Sequence record: SRR22947727_1356
Reading direction: 5' to 3' (one strand)
DNA: 51,780 bases
How positions within the stretch are numbered: the first letter of the stretch is position 1; each line of letters opens with the position of its first letter. Position numbers and translations under genes: made by a program. The notes below the pieces were generated by a model, which was not told the origin of the DNA, searched no databases, and saw only the letters and a program-made list of their open reading frames with translations. This document shows, piece by piece, positions 1 to 8,793 of the stretch.

Positions 1-36
1 ACCTGAATTAGAACCTGAATTAGAACCTGAGTTAGA
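1..36. repeat. 12-bp tandem repeat (ACCTGARTTAGA x3) encoding (SNSG)n on the minus strand
   Basis: acctgaattaga acctgaattaga acctgagttaga is directly visible and may continue beyond the window edge. Confidence 0.85.
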
Positions 37-393
37 GCCAGCGTCGGCAACATCATTGTCCACCACAGAAACAGCGACCGCCGCGACAACTGCCACTGAT
101 ACCGCCACCGTAGCTGCTACTGCACCCACAGCCAAACCGGCTGTGGCGGCACCCGCAGCCGCCGCGCCAGCCGCCGCAGCACCCCCTGCCGCAGCTCCAC
201 CAGCTGCCGCCCCGGCACCAGCTCCGGCACCAGCCCCGGCAGAAGCACCAGCACCAGCAGAGGCACCACCGCTTGCGCCTGCAGAGGCGCCACCACTTGC
301 GCCGCCACTTCCGGCTGTTCCAGATCCAGCTTGCGCCCATACGCCACTAGCAATGAACACTGATATAACCGAACTAAGCAAAACGTTTTTCAT
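1..393 (-). CDS. Secreted Gly/Ala/Ser-rich protein, YjbE/GfcA-like (3' end runs off the window; not in ORF track)
   Basis: Manual translation from ATG at 393 is open to base 1: MKNVLLSSVISVFIASGVWA|QAGSGTAGSGGASGGASAGASGG...AGAAAAGAATAGLAVGAVAATVAVSVAVVAAVAVSVVDNDVADAGSNSGSNSGSNSG. It has a signal peptide, an AAGGG RBS upstream, and lies directly downstream of yjbH-yjbF on the same strand. Confidence 0.8.
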   Translation of the reverse strand, partial: MKNVLLSSVISVFIASGVWAQAGSGTAGSGGASGGASAGASGGASAGAGASAGAGAGAGAGAAAGGAAAGGAAAAGAAAAGAATAGLAVGAVAATVAVSVAVVAAVAVSVVDNDVADAGSNSGSNSGSNSG

Positions 394-434
394 AGAGAAC
401 CCTTTTCTCATTGCAATTTTGCGCCATGTATAGA

Positions 435-1115
435 TCAAATCACGCGTTCAATCAATATCAAACCGATATTTTGTCCATGCCATTGTTGAGATTTTCTAAT
501 CATGCCGTTTTTTTCAACCCAGTACGTGTTTTTAAATTGTAAACCACCACTCTCACAACTCTCACTCACACGAAGCGTTTTATAGGGTTTTTCAAAGATG
601 AAAATGGTTTCCTGACTCTCCTTTGAGAAAACACAGGAATATTCTATGATCTTGTCTTGATTGTCTGCGGCAAGGTATTTGAACAACCTACGATGATGTG
701 GCTCTCTCTTTCCGGAAATAGTTTTTTCAAGTGAATAGCTCGCAGCGCCAACATCCGCACCCATTAAATCATAATTCATGCCACGGGTGCCAATAAGCAT
801 CCCGTTTTGAGTGGTCACTGTTCTCCCGTCTGCGCTTAACCATACTTCGTTTAAAGTGCTTCCAGGAAAAGCTGAAAGTGTTGCAATTTGATTTTCATCT
901 AAGATTTCTATTAATATAAGAGGAATATTTGACTCATCAATCATTGAGCGAGTAATGACTTTCCTTGGGTCAATCCGTTCATTTACTTCGTTCTTGTTAA
1001 AAATTAACTTTAATTGCTCTACGACTAACATGTCTTGCGATGGTTCTATTTTTGAACTGCAGGCGGCGAACAGAAGCAAAATGGAGCCCAAACAAAATCC
1101 CCTCTTAAGCTTCAT
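435..1115 (-). CDS. YjbF/GfcB family lipoprotein (group 4 capsule)
   Basis: Lipobox LLFAAC; typical C-terminus (VSESC..FKNTYWV..IRKSQQW); ATG at 1115 overlaps the yjbH stop (ATGA). Confidence 0.8.
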   Translation of the reverse strand: MKLKRGFCLGSILLLFAACSSKIEPSQDMLVVEQLKLIFNKNEVNERIDPRKVITRSMIDESNIPLILIEILDENQIATLSAFPGSTLNEVWLSADGRTVTTQNGMLIGTRGMNYDLMGADVGAASYSLEKTISGKREPHHRRLFKYLAADNQDKIIEYSCVFSKESQETIFIFEKPYKTLRVSESCESGGLQFKNTYWVEKNGMIRKSQQWHGQNIGLILIERVI

Positions 1116-3196
1116 TTCCATAATCGTCCAGCCTCATGATAAATTGCATTTTTATCTTTATTGAACAGATATCTGTGGAGCTTATAAGGAGTGTGTACTT
1201 TAGCACCTCCGTCGCGGGTCATAACGTTAAATTCAATTTTTGATGTCGTCCTGTACGGTGATCCAATACTCCAATCTAGAGGTATCTCCACGAATATTCC
1301 TTTATCATATGAGCCTTCTCCAAACTTCTCAAAAGGCACATCTGTAACCGTCGCATAGGCGCCCATTTTCCAACCATTTCCAAATTTTCGCGCCACGCGC
1401 AAAGTGTACCCTCGATCGCCAGCCAAATATTGCCCGGCATCCAATTGTGTCATAAAACCGTTTTTGAAAAAGTAGTAGGCCGACAAGTGACCTGTTGTGA
1501 CTTGATAATTTTGTAGACCCAAGAGCATGTCAAAATTTCGCTGTTGCACTTGGCTAAGTTCGATACCAATACCAAGTGAGCTTGATATTGGCTTCCACAA
1601 TATTTCGCCCGAAACACCAGCAAACATTTTTTCTAAATAGCCAGCAGTCAATTTTCCATAGACGCTTGGCATTATCTTATTTACTTTGGTAATCGTTAAT
1701 TGCTCAATGCCAGGATCACCATCCCGCCCATAAATGTCGTGATCACTGCGCACGTGAGGCAAAACCGAATCTGATTGTCTCAATATTTTATCAAAGCTAC
1801 CAGCGACCGACTTACGAAATCTTCCATCAATATAAAATCCAGACCCCAGAGTGTATTGAGTAAAAAGTTCTGCGCCCACGTCCCAGCGGATAGGAGCGAG
1901 TGGGTCAAAAAGCGAATATTCAACGTATGGCCCTACAGCCCAGCTAAATTTTTTCGATTCAGATTGATCAAACCCTAAAGCGTTACTATCGCGGAATTTT
2001 ACTGTGTCCACAAATTTTTCTGATGGTTGTGCCGAAACCACAGAATCAATTAATTGATTTCGGTTGATTTCTGCCGATAATATAACAAGATCATCCTCTA
2101 TAAACTCTATATAGAAACTATCAAAATTATCGCTTAAATATCGCGATGCTGTTCGTGAAGCGCGACCTAACGCCTGAGCTGTGGATCGATATTTTTGATT
2201 AACAAGCTGTAATTGAGGGGGGGTTTGTTCCAAATTTAAACTTAACAAATTAAAACCGTCCGCCTTGAACACAGATTTCAGCACAGTTTCATTGGTCGAT
2301 TCCAGATAAAATGGCGAACCTTTCAAGACTTTTTGCCGTAAGGGAATAGGCGCAAGTTCCCGACCCGGCCCGTTTGGCGGATCTTTGGGGTCCATCACAA
2401 GATGCGCAGATAGAGCAATTTTATCCCCATGCAAAAAGCTGGATTGTAAGAAATAACCCTTACCAGAATTCCAGGTTAATCCGTAATTCCACGGTGTCTG
2501 ATGCTCAAGATAGGACGTTTCTCGGTTATATCGGTCAGAGGAATATTCAAATTTTGCTGTGAACCCTTTGCCCAGATGCCAAGCCAAACCCCCGAAAGCA
2601 GCCGTGTCACCTTGAAACCATTCGGTTGCTTCCAGCTCTCCGCCGACTCCAGAATTTCGTCTAGCGCGGGTTTTAAAACTCTGGTCAATTTGCCCAAGTG
2701 GAGATTCGAACCCGCCATAAGTGGCCAGCCGCCCGAAGCCCAAACCGGCAGTGACTTCAACGGGGCCAATATTTTTTGTGCCCACAACGTATTCGCCCGT
2801 ATACCAACCGGTTCCGATAAAATCATTTAAGCCAATGGCGAAAGCCGGCATATATTGACCTTCATCAACGGCGCGAAACCGCAGATCAAAACTGCGATCA
2901 TGATTAGAGTAACCACCGGCTTCATTCCCATTTCTTCCATGGGCTGAATAGCGAAAGCTGGCTGATAGTCTGGGTAAGATTTGCGCGGTTAAACTGGTGC
3001 GTCTGTCCCCATCAAAACCGCTTTGGCTGAGTATAAGCCGCCCGTCAGAATCTGAAGCAGCTGTTGGCATATCGATCAATCCAATTGTGCCGTAGCTGGT
3101 ATAGGATTGCGTGTCTGCTGAAAGCAAATTGGGCAATAAGCCAATTGACGCAATGGTGTAAAAAAGTTTAAAAATGCGTCTTAAATTAGCCATCAT
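1112..3196 (-). CDS. YjbH/GfcD family outer-membrane exopolysaccharide/capsule protein
   Basis: 694 aa with signal peptide; motifs YGTIGLIDMPTA, DRSFD, GYLEKMFAGVSGE, GQYLAGDRG, FGEGSYDKG, TRDGG are typical of YjbH. Confidence 0.9.
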   Translation of the reverse strand: MMANLRRIFKLFYTIASIGLLPNLLSADTQSYTSYGTIGLIDMPTAASDSDGRLILSQSGFDGDRRTSLTAQILPRLSASFRYSAHGRNGNEAGGYSNHDRSFDLRFRAVDEGQYMPAFAIGLNDFIGTGWYTGEYVVGTKNIGPVEVTAGLGFGRLATYGGFESPLGQIDQSFKTRARRNSGVGGELEATEWFQGDTAAFGGLAWHLGKGFTAKFEYSSDRYNRETSYLEHQTPWNYGLTWNSGKGYFLQSSFLHGDKIALSAHLVMDPKDPPNGPGRELAPIPLRQKVLKGSPFYLESTNETVLKSVFKADGFNLLSLNLEQTPPQLQLVNQKYRSTAQALGRASRTASRYLSDNFDSFYIEFIEDDLVILSAEINRNQLIDSVVSAQPSEKFVDTVKFRDSNALGFDQSESKKFSWAVGPYVEYSLFDPLAPIRWDVGAELFTQYTLGSGFYIDGRFRKSVAGSFDKILRQSDSVLPHVRSDHDIYGRDGDPGIEQLTITKVNKIMPSVYGKLTAGYLEKMFAGVSGEILWKPISSSLGIGIELSQVQQRNFDMLLGLQNYQVTTGHLSAYYFFKNGFMTQLDAGQYLAGDRGYTLRVARKFGNGWKMGAYATVTDVPFEKFGEGSYDKGIFVEIPLDWSIGSPYRTTSKIEFNVMTRDGGAKVHTPYKLHRYLFNKDKNAIYHEAGRLWK

Positions 3197-3296
3197 TGCC
3201 TCAAATTTATGCAGGGATCGGTAACATTAATTTACCTCCTCTACAATAATCCTTTTTACTTTTTGATCACAAACCGATCCCATCAAAGCTATGATA

Positions 3297-3851
3297 TCAA
3301 AGGTGATTTGCTAAGATTTCATTTATAAAAACATGGCTTGCATGGGCCAAATTATCCTTCCAGGCGCTGGGCGAGTTTTCATCTGCTTGGTCCGATACGT
3401 ATTTAAAACAATAAAAATGGATACCTTCCATCTGTGCCAGCTTTGCCATGGCAAACGCCTCCATATCCACAAGATCTGTTTGCAGTTCAGGCGGTGCCGT
3501 CACAAAACTATCGCCAGTTCCGCAAGACAGGCCATGCCCCTGCGCAGAAATGTAAGGCGCTTCTTCGAAAGGGGTTTGCCCCAAGGCAAATCCCATATCG
3601 CGGGCATCCATATCGCGTTGGAAGAATTGTGTTACCTCTAGTAAGCCGCTTAATTCTGGGTTTAACGCCCCTGCAGTGCCGAAGTTTATTAAATTCATTG
3701 GTTTATAGCGCGCCACATATTCGCTGCCTTTCAGCGCAGCATTCACTTTTCCAACGCCTGTATAAGCTACGTTCCAGCTTGGTATCATCTCATTTGGCAG
3801 CTCTGCTTCTAAAGCAACCAATATTAAGGTGTTTTTCGGATCAAACCGCAC
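3297..3851 (-). CDS. MTA/SAH nucleosidase-like protein (PNP_UDP_1 family)
   Basis: Motifs TGVGKVNAA, NFGTAG, TGDSFV, VDMEAFA, KYVSDQAD. Confidence 0.8.
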   Translation of the reverse strand: MRFDPKNTLILVALEAELPNEMIPSWNVAYTGVGKVNAALKGSEYVARYKPMNLINFGTAGALNPELSGLLEVTQFFQRDMDARDMGFALGQTPFEEAPYISAQGHGLSCGTGDSFVTAPPELQTDLVDMEAFAMAKLAQMEGIHFYCFKYVSDQADENSPSAWKDNLAHASHVFINEILANHL

Positions 3852-4044
3852 GATGCTCTCCGCTAATTGTTCATTCTATATCCAGCTCATTCTACTGGCG
3901 TTCAAAGCTTTGCGAAAGCCGCTTTGAAAGATCCAATATTTTCGCGCTGAAACATGCGTTATTCGTTTGACCATGGGCTGTTGCCTCCATAGGTTCGCGC
4001 ACAGAAAACGGGCACCACTTAGTTTAAAGCGCGGGGTATATATT

Positions 4045-5184
4045 TTGAAACGACTTTCATGGGGCCTTATTGGCGGTGGGCAAGGCAGTCAAATCGGGTT
4101 TGCGCATCGATCCGGCGCGGAAATTGATGGCCGCTTTAAACTGATGGCAGGCGCCATGGATGTGGATCCGAATGTGGCAAAAAGCTATGGCGCATCGCTT
4201 GGGCTTGATCCAAGCCGCGCGTATGGCACTTGGCAAGAAATGCTGCAGGGTGAGCAATCACGCGATGACTGTATCGATTTGGTGACGGTGGCAACGCCCA
4301 ATGCCACCCATTTTGAGATTTCAAAAGCCTTTTTGGAAGCAGGTTTTCACGTCTTATGCGAAAAACCGATGACGATGATAGTGCCTGAAGCGCAAGCGCT
4401 TGTTCAGATTGCAAAAAAGGCCAACCGGGTTTGCGCGGTGAATTATGGCTATTCCGGTTACCCATTGGTGCGGCAGATGAAAGCGATGGTTGAGGCTGGG
4501 CAAATGGGGGCGATCCGCTGCGTGGTTGCAGAATTTGCGGGAGGCTTTATGGCGGATGCGGCAGATTCTGAAAATCCCCGCGTGCGCTGGCGGTTTGATC
4601 CAAAGCAAGCGGGAATGGCGGCTGTAACGGTGGATTGTGGCATCCACGCCTTACACATGGCCTGCTATGTCACTGGGCAAAATGTGACTAAAGTATCCAG
4701 TGATTTTGCCCATGGGATCAAAAGCCGGGAGTTGGAAGATGATAACCTATCGGCGTTCCGCATGAGTGGTGGTGCCATTGGCCGGCTTTGGACAAGCGGT
4801 TTGGCGATTGGGCGCACGCATGGGCTGACATTGCAAGTGTTTGGCGAAATGGGTGGGTTAAGCTGGCAACAAGAGCATCCCAACCAATTGCGCTGGACGC
4901 CCCTCAATGCGCCAACACAAATCTTAGAGCGCGGCGCAGTCGGCCTTTCTGAGGCCGCGGCGCGCGCGAATAGAATAACGGTGGGGCATCCAGAGGGCAT
5001 GGTTTTGGCCTTCGCAAATGTGTATCGTGATTTAAGCGAGGTGATCGACGCGCAAAATTCTGGCACGTCGCCCGATCCCTTGGCTCTGACCTACCCCACC
5101 GCAGAAGAGGGGTGCCATTCGATCGAAGTGGTTGAGGCGATGGTTAAATCGGCCAAAAATAACGGAGAATGGATGACCGTATAA
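4045..5184 (+). CDS. Gfo/Idh/MocA family oxidoreductase (inositol/sugar dehydrogenase-like)
   Basis: GGGQGSQIG NAD-binding start, ATPNATH, CEKP, GHPEG motifs. TTG start at 4045 is preferred; the ORF is open from 3967. Confidence 0.85.
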   Translation: MKRLSWGLIGGGQGSQIGFAHRSGAEIDGRFKLMAGAMDVDPNVAKSYGASLGLDPSRAYGTWQEMLQGEQSRDDCIDLVTVATPNATHFEISKAFLEAGFHVLCEKPMTMIVPEAQALVQIAKKANRVCAVNYGYSGYPLVRQMKAMVEAGQMGAIRCVVAEFAGGFMADAADSENPRVRWRFDPKQAGMAAVTVDCGIHALHMACYVTGQNVTKVSSDFAHGIKSRELEDDNLSAFRMSGGAIGRLWTSGLAIGRTHGLTLQVFGEMGGLSWQQEHPNQLRWTPLNAPTQILERGAVGLSEAAARANRITVGHPEGMVLAFANVYRDLSEVIDAQNSGTSPDPLALTYPTAEEGCHSIEVVEAMVKSAKNNGEWMTV

Positions 5185-5283
5185 CCGCCCCAGCCTGATC
5201 ATCGAAAACCTGCATGGAAGCAGTGCAGAGGCTGAGCTTAAGCGCCGGCTTCTTTGCAGAAAAGAAAAAGGAATGCATTTGAT

Positions 5284-7179
5284 ATGAAGTTTTACAGCTC
5301 AGAGAAAAAGCAGCGCCTAACCCTGTCACAGGCGATGGTGAAGTTTCTACAAACGCAATACAGTGAATATGACGGGGTTGAGCACAGGTTTTTTCAAGGA
5401 ATCTGGGGTATTTTTGGGCATGGGAATGTTTCTGGCCTGAGCCAGGCCCTGGTCGAATATGGCGATGATCTTCCTTATCATCAACCCACTAATGAGCAAT
5501 CAATGGTGCATGCGGCAACCGGATTTGCGCGCACGATGCGGCGCAAGGCGACCATGGCTTGCACCACCTCGATTGGTCCAGGAGCCACCAATATGATTAC
5601 CGGGGCGGCCACGGCAACTATTTGCCGAATCCCGGTTCTGTTGCTGCCGTCGGATTATTATGCCACGCGGTTTCAAGGCAAAGTTTTGCAGGATATTGAT
5701 CATCTTAGTTCGGATGATATGTCGGTGACGGATACGTTTCGCGTTGTCAGCCGTTTTTACGATCGCCTGACCCGCCCCGAACAGATTTTAACAGCAATGC
5801 CTGAAGCCATGCGGATTCTTACCAGCCCATCAGAAACTGGGGCGGTTACGATTGCGTTGCCACAAGATATTCAGGGCTATGCGTTTGATTATCCAGAAAG
5901 CTTTTTTGAAAAACGCGTCTGGCGTATGGAACGGCAGGTGCCACATCCGAACCGCATCGCTGAAACCATTGCCCTGCTGAAATCCGCAAAAAAGCCCTAT
6001 ATCATTGCGGGTGGCGGCATTCATTATGCCGAAGCTTGGCAAGAGTTAGAGGCTTTTGCAACACGGTTTGGCATTCCTGTCGGGGAAACACATGCGGGGC
6101 GCGGGGCGCTGAAAAATGGTTCGCCTTTATTGATGGGGGGCACGGGCCATTTGGGCACGCCGGCCGCTGCAAGAATCGCTGAAGAAGCTGATTTGGTGAT
6201 CTGTATTGGCACGCGCTTGCACGATTTTGTTACCGGGTCTAATTCGGCGTTTCAAAACCCGGACGTTAAATTTGTTTCGATCAACGTGAATGGCCGGGAT
6301 GCGTATAAATTGGGGGCTCTGCCTTTGGCATCGGATGCCAAGCTGGCGCTTGTAGCCCTAACTGAGGCCGCGGCCGCAGCGGGTATCGGCGTGAATGAGC
6401 CTTGGGTTGAAACCGCCATTGCGGCGCGTTTGGCTTGGGATAAAACCAAACGGGAACAGGTTTTTATTCAACATAAAGGCGAAAAAATGAGTCAGGGCCA
6501 ATTGATCGGGTTGATCTCTGATCAGATGCAAACGGGCGATACATTATTGGCCGCCGCTGGCACCGTGCCGGCTGATCTGACCAAATTATTCGATGTAAAA
6601 GATGGCAAGAACCTGCATATTGAGTTTGGTAATTCCTGCATGGGTTATGATATCCCCGCAGCGATTGGAGTGCGTTTAACCGGCACGGATGATGAAATCT
6701 TCGTTCTAATGGGCGATGGAAATTACCAAATGCACCCGATGGAGCTGGTTACCGCGATGCAAGAGCGCGCCAAGATCACTATTATTTTGAACGTGAATGA
6801 CGGATATCAATCCATACATGGCCATCAAAAGGCTTTGGTCGGGCAATCTTTGGGCAATGAATTCAAAATCCGTGATGGGCAATCTGGCCTTCTTGATAAG
6901 GGTGAGTTTATTCAGATCGATTATGTTAAAAATGCAGAAAGCGTCGGGGTAAAAGCGTGGCTTGCAGAAGACGAGTCTGCGTTCAAACAAGCGCTTTCAA
7001 ATGCCCGCGATGAAGCTGGCCCCTGTATGATCGTTGTGCCAACAGAACGCTATCGTTCCCCCCCTGGATCCGAAGTTTGGTGGGAGGTTGTTGGCGCTGA
7101 GGTTACCAATGATCCTGATACCAAAGCGCTGGTCGATGCGCGCGAAGTTGGCCGTGCAAAGCAACGGTTTTACTATTAA
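5284..7179 (+). CDS. iolD: 3D-(3,5/4)-trihydroxycyclohexane-1,2-dione hydrolase-like ThDP enzyme
   Basis: IolD hallmarks GIFGHGNV, NEQSM, TSIGPGATNM, SCMGY, WWEV; ThDP motif GDG...N. ATG at 5284. Confidence 0.8.
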   Translation: MKFYSSEKKQRLTLSQAMVKFLQTQYSEYDGVEHRFFQGIWGIFGHGNVSGLSQALVEYGDDLPYHQPTNEQSMVHAATGFARTMRRKATMACTTSIGPGATNMITGAATATICRIPVLLLPSDYYATRFQGKVLQDIDHLSSDDMSVTDTFRVVSRFYDRLTRPEQILTAMPEAMRILTSPSETGAVTIALPQDIQGYAFDYPESFFEKRVWRMERQVPHPNRIAETIALLKSAKKPYIIAGGGIHYAEAWQELEAFATRFGIPVGETHAGRGALKNGSPLLMGGTGHLGTPAAARIAEEADLVICIGTRLHDFVTGSNSAFQNPDVKFVSINVNGRDAYKLGALPLASDAKLALVALTEAAAAAGIGVNEPWVETAIAARLAWDKTKREQVFIQHKGEKMSQGQLIGLISDQMQTGDTLLAAAGTVPADLTKLFDVKDGKNLHIEFGNSCMGYDIPAAIGVRLTGTDDEIFVLMGDGNYQMHPMELVTAMQERAKITIILNVNDGYQSIHGHQKALVGQSLGNEFKIRDGQSGLLDKGEFIQIDYVKNAESVGVKAWLAEDESAFKQALSNARDEAGPCMIVVPTERYRSPPGSEVWWEVVGAEVTNDPDTKALVDAREVGRAKQRFYY

Positions 7180-7476
7180 GCGTGATCAGACGGCGGACAG
7201 GCTGCTCCAGCTGGGTTTGGCGTGCCTAACAGGGCATTTTGCCCGGGCGCACCTGCTGAGCAGCATGCTCTAGCTTGTAAGGAAACATATGACCGGCGTT
7301 TACTCTTGGCGTGAAAGCCGCGGTCAAGCGAGGGGGTTTTTTCACCAAAAGCGAAGCAGCCCGATGCGTTGAAAGGTCTGGCGTCCTTCCCGGTTTTAAT
7401 CGATCCGGCGCAGGATTTCTTGCCTCTCTGCGAGGGTCAAATCTTAGCCAAACGGGCCGCAGGCCTCTCGCCTGCT

Positions 7477-8655
7477 TTATGTCAAATTGTTTTTCAAAAA
7501 TTGCATTGCGGCATCGGTGCCACCGGATTGATGCGGCACGTCGCTAAGGGCAAGCCCCATTTCCACGCCGCCCAAAGTGCCAATCATCATCAGATCGTTG
7601 AAATCCCCCAAATGGCCAATTCGAAACACTTTTCCAGCCAAGTGTGACAGGCCGTTGCCCAGTGACATATTGAAGCTTTTCAACACCGTACTGCGAAACG
7701 CATCCGCATTATGGCCATCAGGCAATAAAACCGCCGTCAGCGTATTGGAAAAATCCAAAGGCTCTTGGCATAAAACTTCTAGGCCCCAAGCTTGCACCGC
7801 GATGCGGGTTGCCTGCGCGTGGCGCTTATGGCGGGCAAAAACGTTTTCCAACCCTTCTTCAAGTAGCATATCAATCGCTTCGGATAATCCGTAAAGCAGG
7901 TTCGTGGCCGGTGTATAGGGAAAAGCCCCAGAGGCATTTGCCGCGAGTTGATCCCCCCAATCCCAATAGGATCTGGGCAAATCAGCGGTTTTGGCCGCCT
8001 GTCTGGCTTTTTCCGACACGGCATTGAACGACAAGCCAGGCGGTAGCATCAGCCCTTTTTGAGAGCCGGCAACGGTGACATCAACGCCCCAGGCGTCATG
8101 GCAATAGTCAGATGAGCCCAAAGAAGAAATTGTATCGACCATCAATAACGCATCATGTTGCGCGGCATCGATCGCGGCGCGGATGTCACTCATCCGCGAC
8201 ATCGCGCCGGTTGATGTTTCGTTATGTACCACGCAGACGGCTTTGATCTTGCCCTCTTTATCGGCCGCAAGCCGCGCTTCAATCGCTTGGGGATCGGCGC
8301 CGCGGCGCCAATCGGTTTTTAGCAATTCGGTATGCACCCCCAAACGCGCTGCCAATTTGCACCAAAGGCTGGCAAAATGCCCGGTTTCGATCATTAAAAC
8401 GGTATCGCCGGCGCTGAGCGTATTGACCAATGCCGCCTCCCAAGCCCCCGTTCCCGAGGCAGGATAGATGATCACATGCGCGCGGGTTTTAAAAACCTCT
8501 TGCAGACCGGAAAGGCATTTTTTGCCAAGCTCGGCGAATTCTGGGCCACGATGATCGATGGTGGGAAAATCCATCGCCCGTAAAATTCGATCCGGTACGT
8601 TTGAAGGCCCGGGTATCTGCAGAAAATGGCGGCCTGACGGTTTTAAGTGGGGCAT
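7477..8655 (-). CDS. Class V PLP aminotransferase (serine/alanine-glyoxylate aminotransferase)
   Basis: GRHFLQIPGPSNVP, SGTGAWE, HNETSTG, GSQKG (PLP Lys), FPYTP, FRIGHLG. Confidence 0.9.
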   Translation of the reverse strand: MPHLKPSGRHFLQIPGPSNVPDRILRAMDFPTIDHRGPEFAELGKKCLSGLQEVFKTRAHVIIYPASGTGAWEAALVNTLSAGDTVLMIETGHFASLWCKLAARLGVHTELLKTDWRRGADPQAIEARLAADKEGKIKAVCVVHNETSTGAMSRMSDIRAAIDAAQHDALLMVDTISSLGSSDYCHDAWGVDVTVAGSQKGLMLPPGLSFNAVSEKARQAAKTADLPRSYWDWGDQLAANASGAFPYTPATNLLYGLSEAIDMLLEEGLENVFARHKRHAQATRIAVQAWGLEVLCQEPLDFSNTLTAVLLPDGHNADAFRSTVLKSFNMSLGNGLSHLAGKVFRIGHLGDFNDLMMIGTLGGVEMGLALSDVPHQSGGTDAAMQFLKNNLT

Positions 8656-8793
8656 ATGCAAGATACCTTTTTATCGCATTTTTATCACCGAATTATAGTC
8701 AAGCTCAGTTTGGAATAGCAAGCATTGTGATCCTTCTGTGACTGGTTATTATAGATTACAATGCCGCAGCATGAGCCATGAAGAAGATCGCAA

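Noticed and set aside
1-36. Short direct repeats as a possible CRISPR array
   Set aside because: 12-bp tandem units with no spacers, in frame within a CDS; no cas genes in the window.
53-433. ORF-track calls 56..433 (+, Pro/Ala-rich), 53..340 (-) and 117..353 (-)
   Set aside because: Shadow frames of the Gly/Ala-rich minus-strand ORF starting at 393, which has an RBS, a signal peptide and operon context.
5284-7179. ThDP enzyme as Xsc for the sulfoacetate pathway
   Set aside because: Motifs (GIFGHGNV, SCMGY, WWEV) are IolD-type, not Xsc-type.
7289-7372. 27-aa ORF with AAGGA RBS after iolD
   Set aside because: Too short, with no recognisable features; consistent with chance.
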